A stretch of 59,019 nt of DNA, counting the filler, from Catajapyx aquilonaris (lineage: Eukaryota), in NCBI GenBank assembly GCA_000934665.2. It is 2 parts of 2 records of this genome, joined end to end, with 100 filler letters (N's around TTAATTAATTAA, not from the genome) between each part and the next. Parts side by side here need not be neighbours in the genome. Positions count along the whole stretch, not along the records: positions 29,556 to 59,019 come from JYFJ02004792.1; 1 more part is not named here. One strand, written 5' to 3'. Below are positions 48,898 through 59,019 of this stretch, one piece after another; position 1 is the first letter of the stretch, and every line of letters starts with the position of its first letter. The notes under the pieces are model-generated. The model searched no databases. It was not told the origin of the DNA and saw only the letters and a list, made by a program, of their open reading frames with translations. The position numbers were made by a program, and so were the translations under genes.

Positions 48898-49747
48898 CAG
48901 GGTCCCGCTGGAACAGGCTTGGAACCGGCCTGGAACCATCTAGAGTTTACATTTTTCAATGTGTCCACCATTGGTGGCCACAGCATCCTCTATAGGAGAG
49001 ACCTGAAGAGTTCACAGGGCTTGGCGAGGTTATCCTTTTTCATGTGCCCCATCACCTCGGAAACGGCGATCTTGACTCGCTACTAGATATTGTTATGAAC
49101 TGTCAACCCCTCTCTCAACAGTGCCACACGTTGTAATCAAGGGGGTTGCAGTTTGGGAAGTTGCAGGGACATAAGTCCGACCCCCAGTGGTACCTTAGAT
49201 CTCTTCTGCATGGCATCCATCAGGAGATGGCCAGTCCTCAAGAATCGGACTTCATCATAAGTCCTCTTTCACCATCTTGGAGATGATCTTGTGGTGTACA
49301 CCTGGTGCAGACCATTATTCTCTTTGGCCAGGACGCATATGGACTTCCCAGGGTCCTCTCCTTCTTCTCAATCTTCTCGACAACTGCGGTGACAAACTCC
49401 TTGCCTTTCTTGGTGTCTGGTGATACAGCAATGGGCATGCATTTTGCATAAGGAAATAACTCCTCCTGGTTCTGGGCAGCATCCGAGTTATTTTTATCCA
49501 GTAAATCAGGCTCTTTTGGGAGCTTACTGCACTAACTCCTTGGGGGTCCTTTCGACGCGGACAGCGACGATAGTAGTGGCTCTCTTGTCCTATTGGCTGG
49601 TCATGGTGCGGTTCACAATGTTGACCATGGCGGTTTTGTAAGTTACCCAAGAGACACAGGTTGTTGCTATACCAATTGCAGTAATCTACATATTGTCGTC
49701 TTTGTACTAGACTGAAAAATGTGTCCTAATTTACCGGCGCCACCCTG
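48898..49747 (-). mobile_element. Degenerate, internally deleted Tc1/mariner-superfamily transposon
   Basis: TA|CAGGGT ... ACCCTG|TA ends. The minus strand encodes CPCNFPNCNPLDYNVW (compare WPPxSPDxNPLDYxVW) and a C-terminal ...NGGHIE, with several stops and frameshifts. Confidence 0.7.
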
Positions 49748-49856
49748 TATAATGATATAGGGTTAGTATGCTATAAACTATGAATATGATTACAGTATTA
49801 TTATAATGCACTATTATGCTCTTTTTTTTACTTCTAATAGTCATCTCATGGCCACA

Positions 49857-50091
49857 TCTACTTTATTATTGATATTAAGGAGATTGTCCCAGCATTGCCT
49901 TTCAACCCCCAAGGATAGGGAAGGAAGGAAGCGGCTGTGGCCTATTATACGGAAGCAACCCCGGAATTATCCTAGGAAGACCGTGGAAAACCACAGAAAA
50001 CTACGGTCAGGGTTGCCGGCCCCGGGATTCGAACCCAGGACCTCCCGATTAGCAGTCGGACGCCCTATCCACTATGCCAACCTGCTTCGGT
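49857..50091 (-). mobile_element. tRNA-derived SINE, family 2, copy b
   Basis: Homologous to 46898-47185, B-box GGTTCGAATCC and a 14-bp TSD ATCTCATGGCCACA (49843-49856, 50092-50105). Confidence 0.85.
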
Positions 50092-50236
50092 ATCTCATGG
50101 CCACAAGCAAATGTAATGATTTTTCTTTGCAAACAACGACACAATGCACTCTTACCTCATCGATGCGATGGAGCAAAAGTGCGCTTATGGTGCAGGGGAA
50201 AAGTTCGCATATAACAAAGGATTTGAAAAAACTATA

Positions 50237-50665
50237 CAGGGTGTATCTGAACTCAGTGCCCCGAGGTATATGACTGCCTTCCTAGCCACCAGAGGATCGA
50301 TTTAAGTAAGTTACAGGAATCATCATGTTTGGCCGCCGCATTAAGGAGATACACTCTTTAGCGATTTTTGCCTAATCACTCCTTCTGACTTTTAAATCGA
50401 ATTTTCTGGTGTAACTAGCCAAAGAGGCCTTACCACCTGTGGGCAACAAACCAACAAAGTCCCGCCCCCAGACCTTCCAGAGCCTTCTGACTGGGGGAGG
50501 GTTCGATGGGTGGCCTAACCAACAGGATATTTTGTACTACATGTTTGCGGCCAATTATCTCCGTAATGCGGCGGCCAAACATAATGACTCCTATACTTAA
50601 ATCGATCCTCTGGTGGCTAGGAAGGCAGTCATATACGTCGGGGCACTGAGTTCAGATACACCCTG
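50237..50665. mobile_element. Tc1/mariner-type MITE, copy b (opposite orientation to 32040-32467)
   Basis: Same TIRs, TA flanks, and an internal sequence that is the reverse complement of copy a. Confidence 0.9.
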
Positions 50666-52152
50666 TATAAACTATATGTAGAACACAATGTAATAAAACA
50701 TACATCGAAAGTTACTTGAGAAAGGATACTGTAATTACTTTTAAATTTGTCATAAATGAAATCTAACAGGAACATGTTCCATGCCACCACTCTTCGCATG
50801 CCTTGCACTAGTTATACACACGATCCAGTCCTCAAATTGAATACTACACTGTACTCCCAATTATCCGGGTGCGGATTATCCGTTGGAGCTGCAAAATAAA
50901 GTAAAAACAAAAGTCGGACGTCTCCCATAAATAAAGTTAGCATGCGTACTTTTGCCCCACCGTGATGTGCATACACTTTATCCTCAGGAGACAGTTTGTT
51001 GGTGTCCGGCACACGCTGCCAGTACGGAGAACAATTGAAAATGTCTAATATATCATGCCACAACCCAGAAACTAGTTTATTAAAACGCCTTGAGAATTAT
51101 TACTTAAGTTCACATTTAGTTGCATAATTCAGTTTGCAAGAAATCAAAATAATATTACATCACGAAGATGAAAAATGAAAATTATTTCATGGCTTCAACG
51201 GACCTTGATCGTTCTTCCCTCGAGGTCTTCATATAGTCCAGCGGCATAATACCGATTTTTGAGCGCAATTATGCACCTCGGGTCAAAAGCGATTTTAATT
51301 TTCTTTTCGTGTTCTCCAAGTAAGCGATTTGCACTCCAGATTAATGTCTGGAGTGCAAACTTTGCATTTTGGCAAAGTTTTTACAATTTGACCCATGAAA
51401 TAATGATTATTGCATGTTTGCTACCACTACGAAATGGAGTAAATGCAACACTGGCCTACTATCTTATGTGTGTACGAGACCTTTCAAGTCATCAAATCAT
51501 TACATTTGCTCGTGGCCATGCGATGCGATGACTATTACTAAGGTAGAAGTAAAACGTACTTTAGAAGTAAAAAATAAAGCATAATAGTACCGGTACATAA
51601 TTTATAGCATACTGAGCCTATATCATTATGTTGTAAATATTTTGTCGTATCATTCGCTGCCTTCCCCCAATGGCCACTGGGCCCATATAGGGGTAATAAA
51701 TAAATAAATAATTAAATAAATAATTAATTAAATAAATAAGCAAGCAAGTAAACAAATACATAAATAATTATCATTTTATTGGGGTAGTCAAGTGAAGAAA
51801 AATAAAATCACTCACAATTATTATTGGGAGTTGTTTATTCGATGCGCAGGCAGCGTCTTGGATTACTGATTTTTATTTTATTATTCATTTTTTTCCCTAG
51901 TAGAGCTTGTTTCCTTATATGAAAATATGACACGACAAAATAATGTCAAACCAGTTGACAATATTTTTGGAGTGCATATTGCACCTTTGAATCAGAAAGT
52001 TTCGACCGCAAAATATCCACCCGAAAAATTCGCGATGAGGACCGGTTGCAAAGAGCGTACTTCCGGAGAGTTCCTCCCCACGTGCTACCAGTGCGCGTCG
52101 AGTGCACGATTCGCCAAATAAGAAATCGAATGTGAGCCGAATGGCTGAGATT

Positions 52153-52415
52153 CAGTGACGGTTTAAGGATCCACGGGGCCCGTAGCACTACTAATAGCGG
52201 GGCCTCCTGGGCTCCATGTACCTACTGTACATAATTGCATTTTGCAACTCTCTTGGGTAGACAGGAAAAATGACGATGAATAACTGTAACCTTGGGTATA
52301 TGCGAATGGAGAAATTGCCATATTGTATATTTGCATTTAATTTAATTTGTAGAACAACAGATATTTTGAATAGTATCTCTCCCTCTCTTTTCTTTCTCTC
52401 TCCTCCAATCCCGCG

Positions 52416-52488
<73 letters not shown>

Positions 52489-53216
52489 AGAGGGATTCAA
52501 AATGGCGTTCGTTGGCAAAGCAAGGCCGAACCCTTGCTCCAATCTTTTGAACGCGTTGAAGGTCACCTGTTAGAAGCATTCTTCCATTGAATGACAATAT
52601 ATTAGAGTGGCTGGACAGCAGCCATTTCGATCCAACTCCCCTGCATTGCCAAGTATCAGTGATCTGCTCCAATCTAAGGAAATGAATCATTGTGCCATGC
52701 GGGTTGCTTTGCTTAGTCAGGATAACTTTGAACAGGTCCTTTCCATCCAATCAGTTGGCCTCCAAAGACCCTTGTCCCCAGTGGCTTCTTATTTCTTGCC
52801 ATGTACAGTGACCCTCGACCAGAAGTCGGAATTCCTAATCGAAGACATCTGATTTCCCTCTGGCGCGGAAAGATAAGCCGGCCGGTTTTATTTGTCCCTT
52901 TCGTCCCAAAATTTTCGCTCCTTCAACCTCCTGTGGGGAAGAAGGGGCACGGCCTGGGACCCCCCTCCCAAGTATATCCGGCACTGATTTAACCCCCCAG
53001 TCTCGGTGAAACCCGCACAGCTATACTTCCTTTTGCTTCCATCTCAACTTCATCCACTCCAGCAAATTATGCGAATGTACTGTGCAAGATAATTTGCAAT
53101 GCTTACGAAAAATATCTAATAACCAGCGTACAAGTGTATACGCATCAGCGCGGGGCCCCTATCAGAGCGGAGCCCGTAGCACGTGCTACATGTGCTACTA
53201 TGTAAAACAGTCACTG
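52153..53216. mobile_element. Non-autonomous hAT-like element
   Basis: TIRs CAGTGACGGTTT / AAACAGTCACTG, 8-bp flanks CTGAGATT / CCGAGATT (1 mismatch), and subterminal GCCCGTAGCAC motifs at both ends. Confidence 0.65.
52419..52480. repeat. (AG)n microsatellite
   Basis: Direct reading of the sequence. Confidence 0.95.
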
Positions 53217-53398
53217 CCGAGATTACATGTATTTGGACATGGCAGGGGTCAGGCATGCAGGCCAACTGTAAAAGTGCCCCCCCCCCCCACCCCCCACCGA
53301 CCGGGCTGCTTTTGTGGCAGAGGGGGTTTCTCGGCCGGACCAGGATTTTTAGACAACGAAATTTTCTACAAGACCTTTGACCTCATGACATTTCTACG

Positions 53399-53545
53399 CC
53401 ATGATTTTTAGAGCATAAAAATTTACACCATGATTTTTAGATTATAAAGATTTTTATACCATGATTTTTAGATTATAAAATTTTGCACCATGATTTTTAG
53501 ATGATGAAATTTTTTACGTACCATGATTTTTAGAAGATAACATTT
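53399..53545. repeat. Minisatellite, about 5 copies of a 29-33 bp unit (CCATGATTTTTAGA..ATAAAATTTT.CA)
   Basis: CCATGATTTTTAGA recurs at about 53399, 53428, 53459, 53488 and 53521. Confidence 0.85.
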
Positions 53546-53689
53546 TGGTTGACAATATTTACACAATTATTGAGATCCATAAGTGTCCCTTTATTAATAA
53601 TTTTTGATCTAGTCCGTCGCACGTCCTCGGCCTGCCGATCACTCTGCCCACTTCCCTTCTTCGCTGCAGCACCAATCAGCAGCTGGATC

Positions 53690-54967
53690 TTGAGGTTCTG
53701 TAACAGCTGTGGTGTCTGGGATCAGTCTGTTCATTCAATAGCCTATATAGTGATGTCAGCTGATCCACTCTGACAGTTCTCCGGGTCTGAAGGAGTGTTG
53801 AGATTGCCGCCAGTTGCCTCTGCAGACTACCGCCCTCCCCAATCAGGTGTGCCAGAGGTGGTGGTGTGTGACCATCACCCTTGTGAACAGGTAGGGCCAG
53901 TGTGGCAGTAGGAGGGGTCATGGAATCTGACACCCTTGTAGACCCGTCCTCTCGCACTCAGAGGATCGAATTAATTTTGCCGTGTCTGAGCGTGATGTGG
54001 AAACGCTACCATCTCGTGAGTATACTCCAGAGTCCAGAGAATCCAGCCATTTTCTTAAGGATTTTGGATGAGCCACCTGCCTCAAACTGCTCTCGATGAG
54101 GCTTACTAGGTGAGCGGTTTCACAGCGACTTCTGTTGTTCTCGCTTCTGGCGCTGCCGTTTCTTGGACCACAGTTCGTGGCAATCTTGCCATGTTGGGAG
54201 CTCAGGGGGAGGCATCCTAGCACACGTGAAATAAAGAATTATTCGCTGTTTTGAAATCTATCTCAAACATGTTCAAATTCGTAATGAACTCTGAAGACAA
54301 TCATGCTAAGCTACAAAGAAACTCTTAAAATTTGAATAATAGGTAAAGAGTAAACCACTTGTCTTTGCTATCCTGTCCTGATATCAGCTTGCTTACTTGC
54401 CTATTGCAATTATTGGTGCTCTATATGATGAAATGAAGTACAGTGTGCATTTTCTTGCAGAAATTTAAGCATTTGCAGTAAATTCAGTCACATGCTCTTA
54501 TGGAGTTTTCCTTTGGTCTGGACATACCTTATGCTTATAGAGAAGTGACTAAAGCCAGAAATCTCTTAAATTGAAACTATGTTGCAACTTGCTCTCAGCC
54601 ACATTATCATGGGTTAAACTTTATCAAAATAACAAACAAATGCAGAAAGAAGGCAAGAAAGGCGCTAAGTAACATTCTGGCAAGTTTTTTTTACATACTC
54701 TTCAGGAACCGCATTCTTGAGCCACGATGACTTCAATGCATCCTCTGCAGTGATACGCTTCTCTGGGTCAAGCACAAGCATGCGATCAAGAAGATCTAGA
54801 GCAGTGGTGGGCATGAAAGAAAACTCCTTCCGGAGTTGCCTCTGTTGTGTCTTTTTGGGTTTTAGCGTATGCCACAAAGACAACTTTATCACATTTGGCC
54901 ACACAGCAGGGGTTGGTGTGCCACACAGCCGATAGATCATCTCCAGTTGCATCATCTCGACTTTTTC
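53690..54967 (-). pseudogene. Cdk12: 3' fragment of cyclin-dependent kinase 12/13 (exon 54967-54699, intron, exon from about 54217)
   Basis: [28 protein letters not shown]...[22 protein letters not shown] splices (GA|GTATGT...CTAG|G) to [19 protein letters not shown], the diagnostic CDK12/13 C-terminal extension. A TGA at about 54121 is followed by more coding-like sequence with frame breaks. No upstream kinase exons were seen to the window end. Confidence 0.75.
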
Positions 54968-56899
54968 CTAGGAAACAGGGGACAGAGAACATATTCTAAA
55001 AATTGTTCAGAAAGATTTACATTATAATCTTGTTGTGGCATATACAGAGTGTCACTCTGCTCAAGGAAATTGTCTGAAAAAAGAGACGGTATGAGAATAT
55101 AATGATGTCACTCCTGGCGACGTAAACAATGTGGGTTCCATCTTATCATGCACAGTCATATTCTATTGTCGCGAGAGAATATTTGTCCAGTGTTCAAGAC
55201 AAAAAAGCATTAGTCACTTCCTGCTAGCTCAGCTGCAAAAAAATATATACCGGTATCTATACGCCTTTCATCTGAAACCACGTACAAATACATTTTTGCA
55301 ACATCAAATTATGTGCATGCTGTGCACTGCAATATAGCCTCTAACCTTAGTTTACATAGCCAGAGATATCTAATGTCCACCTGTCCACTTCTCATACAAT
55401 GTTATTGGCACAGTAACATTCTGTATATGTCTCTCTTTCAGTAATCAATGGCAAAAAGTGTCAGCCTAAAAATCAGTAAAATTTTAATTCATAAAACAAC
55501 AACAACACCGTCACGACATTTCCCTATAAGGGGTAGTAAGCGATGACTGGAGCCACAAGCTAGCCCAAAATATGAACCAAATTAAAACTTGTAAAAATCA
55601 ACCTATAAACCACCCATCCGGCCCCCCACCCCTGCCCATCTCAGACGACAAACTCTCAATATTAAATTTTAGATTTAAATATTTCACGACTATGCCACGC
55701 GGTACTTGAGAAATCCCTCCCTGGAAGAGGAATCAGCAACTGTTAAATACCTCCAAGTGACTATAATATTCTCCTCCAAACGACCAGAACACCCACAGGC
55801 CAGCGAGAAGAACCAACATACAGAAATCCACACCCGAACTCCAAGCGCTGTGCAGGACAGCGAGAGAGAGGCAGACACCCTTGCGAGCATGACTACTGGT
55901 GTAGTATGCATTACTGTGCAAGAGATATTTTCCAAACTTGTAGTTCTGCACTGAACCCAGGCAAATTCTCAGCTTCCATGATTATAAGCATTACTATTAT
56001 GCACTGTAGTGAATTGACACAAGGCAAAATTATATTACATTTGGCCATTTGTATAAAAACACATTTCTCTTTCTGCTGTGTGTCCAGAGATCGGGTTCCA
56101 TAAATGAGGAATTCAGATCTCTCAAGCGTATAAACAGGACTCTTGGAATGCTCCAATATTTAATAACTATGAATACTTCAGCCAATGCCTCTCCCCATTC
56201 ATGTGCATGCATGTGTTAGGCTCAGACCACGAAAACGGCCATTGCGCGAAAAAACCGTCCATTCTGCAGAATGCTCCTTTTCGAACCATCCATTCTGCAG
56301 AATGGACGACCAGACCCCGAAATGCTTTTTTCTTAAAGGCCAGAACGCTTTCCTGAGACTAAACTTAAACGTCAGGACGCCAATTTCGTGTCGGGATGGC
56401 TGGTTTAGAAGACGCCCATAACTCGTTGTGGCAGTTTTCTGTTTCCCACTATGCCATGTAGATGCTGGAAATAAATCACCCTATTGTTGTTTGGCAAATG
56501 GTTGAAATACTTAACATTTGATGATGCTGCTAATTTCCAGGAACTATTACCTTCATCATGAGAGGCGGGATTCCAATGTCCCCTAGGCCCATTTGAGTTT
56601 TTGTTGTCATAAAGCATAATTATGGACTTATATATGGCTTTGGAAAAATCCTCCGATTTCCGTGCTTGGACATTATTTTGGTGTGTTCTGACCTCAGGAG
56701 GAGGTGGGGAGTACCATAAGCTACCAATCGATGTCCTCAGCTCATTTTTTCTTGAAAATGGACTATGGGGACTTTGGAATCCACCTCTAGTATTCTATAA
56801 CAGGCACCGTTAGTCACATTTAGAATTACATTTAGTATTACTCGAACGACATTTACATTTCTTATCAATGTAGTACTTTTTGAAACTACAACTTACGAA

Positions 56900-57702
56900 T
56901 ACCTGCTTACTACCTGACCTTAAAAGCTGAAGCCAATCCAAGAGATACAGATCTGGTAGAAGGAACTTCGTTCAGATCTATAAAACGCAGTAAAACTTCC
57001 AAGTCGAATCTCTATAGGACACGGAAAAAACTTCGAGTTATAGAAGATTCGAGTTAGAGAAGTTTGGAATTATTTAAGCACCTAACACTATTTTAAAAAA
57101 TCTCAGTTACGGACATTCGGTTACTCTTAAATTCAAGGATTCAATTTTCACAATCTATTCAAACACTTCAGTCTTTGGTTACGTCTGGTAGACGGAGATC
57201 AGGAAATCAGTTGAGCCTTCCTGTACATGTGGCCCAATGTGGCCTACTCTCGACCCTTCGGCTGGGAAATGAGAAAATTTTCCGGACTTGCAACATCGAC
57301 ATAGAGAGACTGAAAATGCATTGACATCCCATCATAAGGCCCTGCCAGTACTTCGAGTTATGGAGAACTTCGAGTTATAGAAATTCGAGTTAGGTAAGTT
57401 TATTTCCTATTATTTTACATTGTGACCAACCAAGCTCATCATTTTCTTCGACTTATGGAAGTTCGACTTATGGAAGTTTTACTGTAATTGGAATCAGCAG
57501 ATGTGAACTCATTGGGAGCATACAGCCTCTCAAAAATTCCTTCGTTGGTGCCCAACTTGTAGAGCCCAGATGCATTAATGTCGACAACAACTGCCAACAC
57601 ATTCCTGGGAGCCAAACGTCCTCGATCGACTTCAGGTACCCTAACCACGACGCTTCTTCCTATGTTGACAGGGGAAAGCCTTGAGTTGGACAGAGAAATC
57701 AT
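56900..57702 (-). mobile_element. Relic of an integrase-type (KRBA2/SCAND3-like, Ginger-related) transposon ORF C-terminus, copy a
   Basis: VRVPEVDRGRLAPRNVLAVV...GLYKLGT.EG...RLY..NEF is a motif I recognise from this family. It is interrupted by the MITE at 56988-57484. Confidence 0.55.
56988..57484. mobile_element. pogo/Tigger-like MITE nested in a transposon relic
   Basis: TIRs CAGTAAAACTTCC(AT)AAGTCGAA ... TTCGACTTATGGAAGTTTTACTG|TA and repeated TTCGAGTTA subterminal motifs. It interrupts the minus-strand relic. Confidence 0.75.
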
Positions 57703-58054
57703 TTGCTCAGGTTGTTTTTATACGCTCTTTCCTTGTAGGAGGGCTTTGACTTATCTTACCCGCACTCAAGCCTGAAATACCCGGCATTTACCCGCATTTT
57801 AAATTTTTACTGAATTCCTGTTATCCTTTAAGGCCCCTAGTCTGATGACCTGGGGTAAGCTATCCCGGGGGCAATCACCATGGCAGCATATGTAAAAGGA
57901 TAGCAGTAAACAACCAGTTACCCCAGGGGGCAAGCTACCCCGGTCACCAGACTATATACCTAAATCACATTATTTTCCTGAGTTTTCGATGAAACATATC
58001 GCTCAGGATGGCAGCAGCTTCGAGTTGTTCATCTTCAGCATGAAAACTCGGAAA

Positions 58055-58400
58055 TAGAGTATACCTGAAGTCGATCGAGAATGTTTTTGGCTCCTATAGG
58101 AATGTGACAGGGGTTGTTTTAGGTTCCGTTAAAGCATCTGGGCTCTACCAGTTGGGCACCAAAGAAGGCGTTTTAGAGAGGCTGTATCCTCGCAAAGAGT
58201 TCACGCCTGCTAATTCCTATTTTACAGATCTGAACGAAGTTCCTTCCACCAGATCTGTATCTCTTCGATCGGCTTCAGCTTTTAAGTTCAGGTGGTAAGC
58301 AGGCATTCGTAAGTTGCAGTATGTTGCAAAAAGTACTACATTGATAAGAAATGTAACTGTCATTCAAGTAATTGGCTACTAAATGTAATTCTAAGTGTGA
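58055..58400 (+). mobile_element. Relic of the same integrase-type transposon C-terminus, copy b (inverted relative to copy a)
   Basis: IPEVDR...GLYQLGTKEGVLERLYPRKEFTPANS...SLRSASA, followed by a degenerate Cys-rich (KKCNC...CNSKC) tail, frameshifted. Confidence 0.55.
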
Positions 58401-58782
58401 CTAATGGTAGACTACCTGTTAGACCGCTAGAGGCGGATTACAAAGTCCCATAAGTCCATTTTCAAGAAAAATGAGCTATAGGTCGCTAGGACATCGATTG
58501 GTAGCTTATGGTACTCCCCACTATGGTGTAGCGTCATGGGCGATCTGGAGGCACGTTTCAGGTTTTGTTAAGTGGACCTCCCAAACTTCAAATATGAAAA
58601 TAAATTTTTTTTCCTACAAGTGTAACACCCCCCCCCCTTTTTGACCTTGAAAATTGTTAAAATGACCAACTTAACACCAATGAATGCTTACCAGCGACAT
58701 GGTTGCGGACATATTGGTACATACATGACATAGGGAATCGCATCTATGTCTCCTCTACTCCTGTGCCTAATTTGGTTGACAG

Positions 58783-59019
58783 GAAACCAACAGCAAACTC
58801 ACAAAAAAATGGAATAGTGACCCCCCGCCAGTTCCGCGCAAGGCGATGCTCGTTTCCCAACTCCTCCCATTCTCGTCAGTAAGCACTACTCCTCCAGCTA
58901 CTCCCAAAGAAAGGGTAGCAGGTGTCACAGTTACGACATCAGTTATCGACATTGCAACAGCAGTTGCAATAACCATTGTGTTAGATTCAAGATGTCAACA
59001 GGTTTCGCAAGACGAGGAA
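58783..59019 (+). CDS. Possible exon of an unidentified gene running off the window
   Basis: Branch-like CCTAAT plus TGACAG| acceptor, then a frame open to the window end (ETNSKLTKKWNSDPPPVPRK...). No recognisable domain. Confidence 0.2.

Noticed and set aside
53399..53545. CRISPR-like repeat array
   Set aside because: The inter-repeat segments are similar to each other and short, the context is eukaryotic, and there are no cas genes. It is a minisatellite.

Overview
Eukaryotic (arthropod, probably insect) genomic DNA. It is split almost exactly at its centre by a 100-bp artificial assembly spacer (N44-TTAATTAATTAA-N44, 29456-29555), so the two halves may not be contiguous. Left half: (1) a spliced minus-strand gene (5752-2066) for a secreted sushi/CCP + serine protease of the Limulus factor C / modular serine protease type. 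Its second sushi-protease module is frame-intact but catalytically dead and appears to be joined to the first by splicing. (2) A tandem cluster of painless-type TRPA channel genes: three intact + strand copies, one inverted copy with a single 2-bp frameshift and a charge-altered pore, and the 5' module of a probable fifth copy cut off by the gap. Copy 2 looks like an unequal-crossover chimera of copies 3 and 1. The paralogs differ in pore-loop sequence and in the number of C-terminal coiled-coil heptads. Right half: I could support no intact gene. It holds many MITEs, two tRNA-derived SINE families, decayed Tc1/mariner and integrase-type transposon relics, micro/minisatellites, and an intron-containing 3' fragment of CDK12/13 with a premature stop. 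All gene models were read by eye from splice signals and paralog comparison; no database searches were run.
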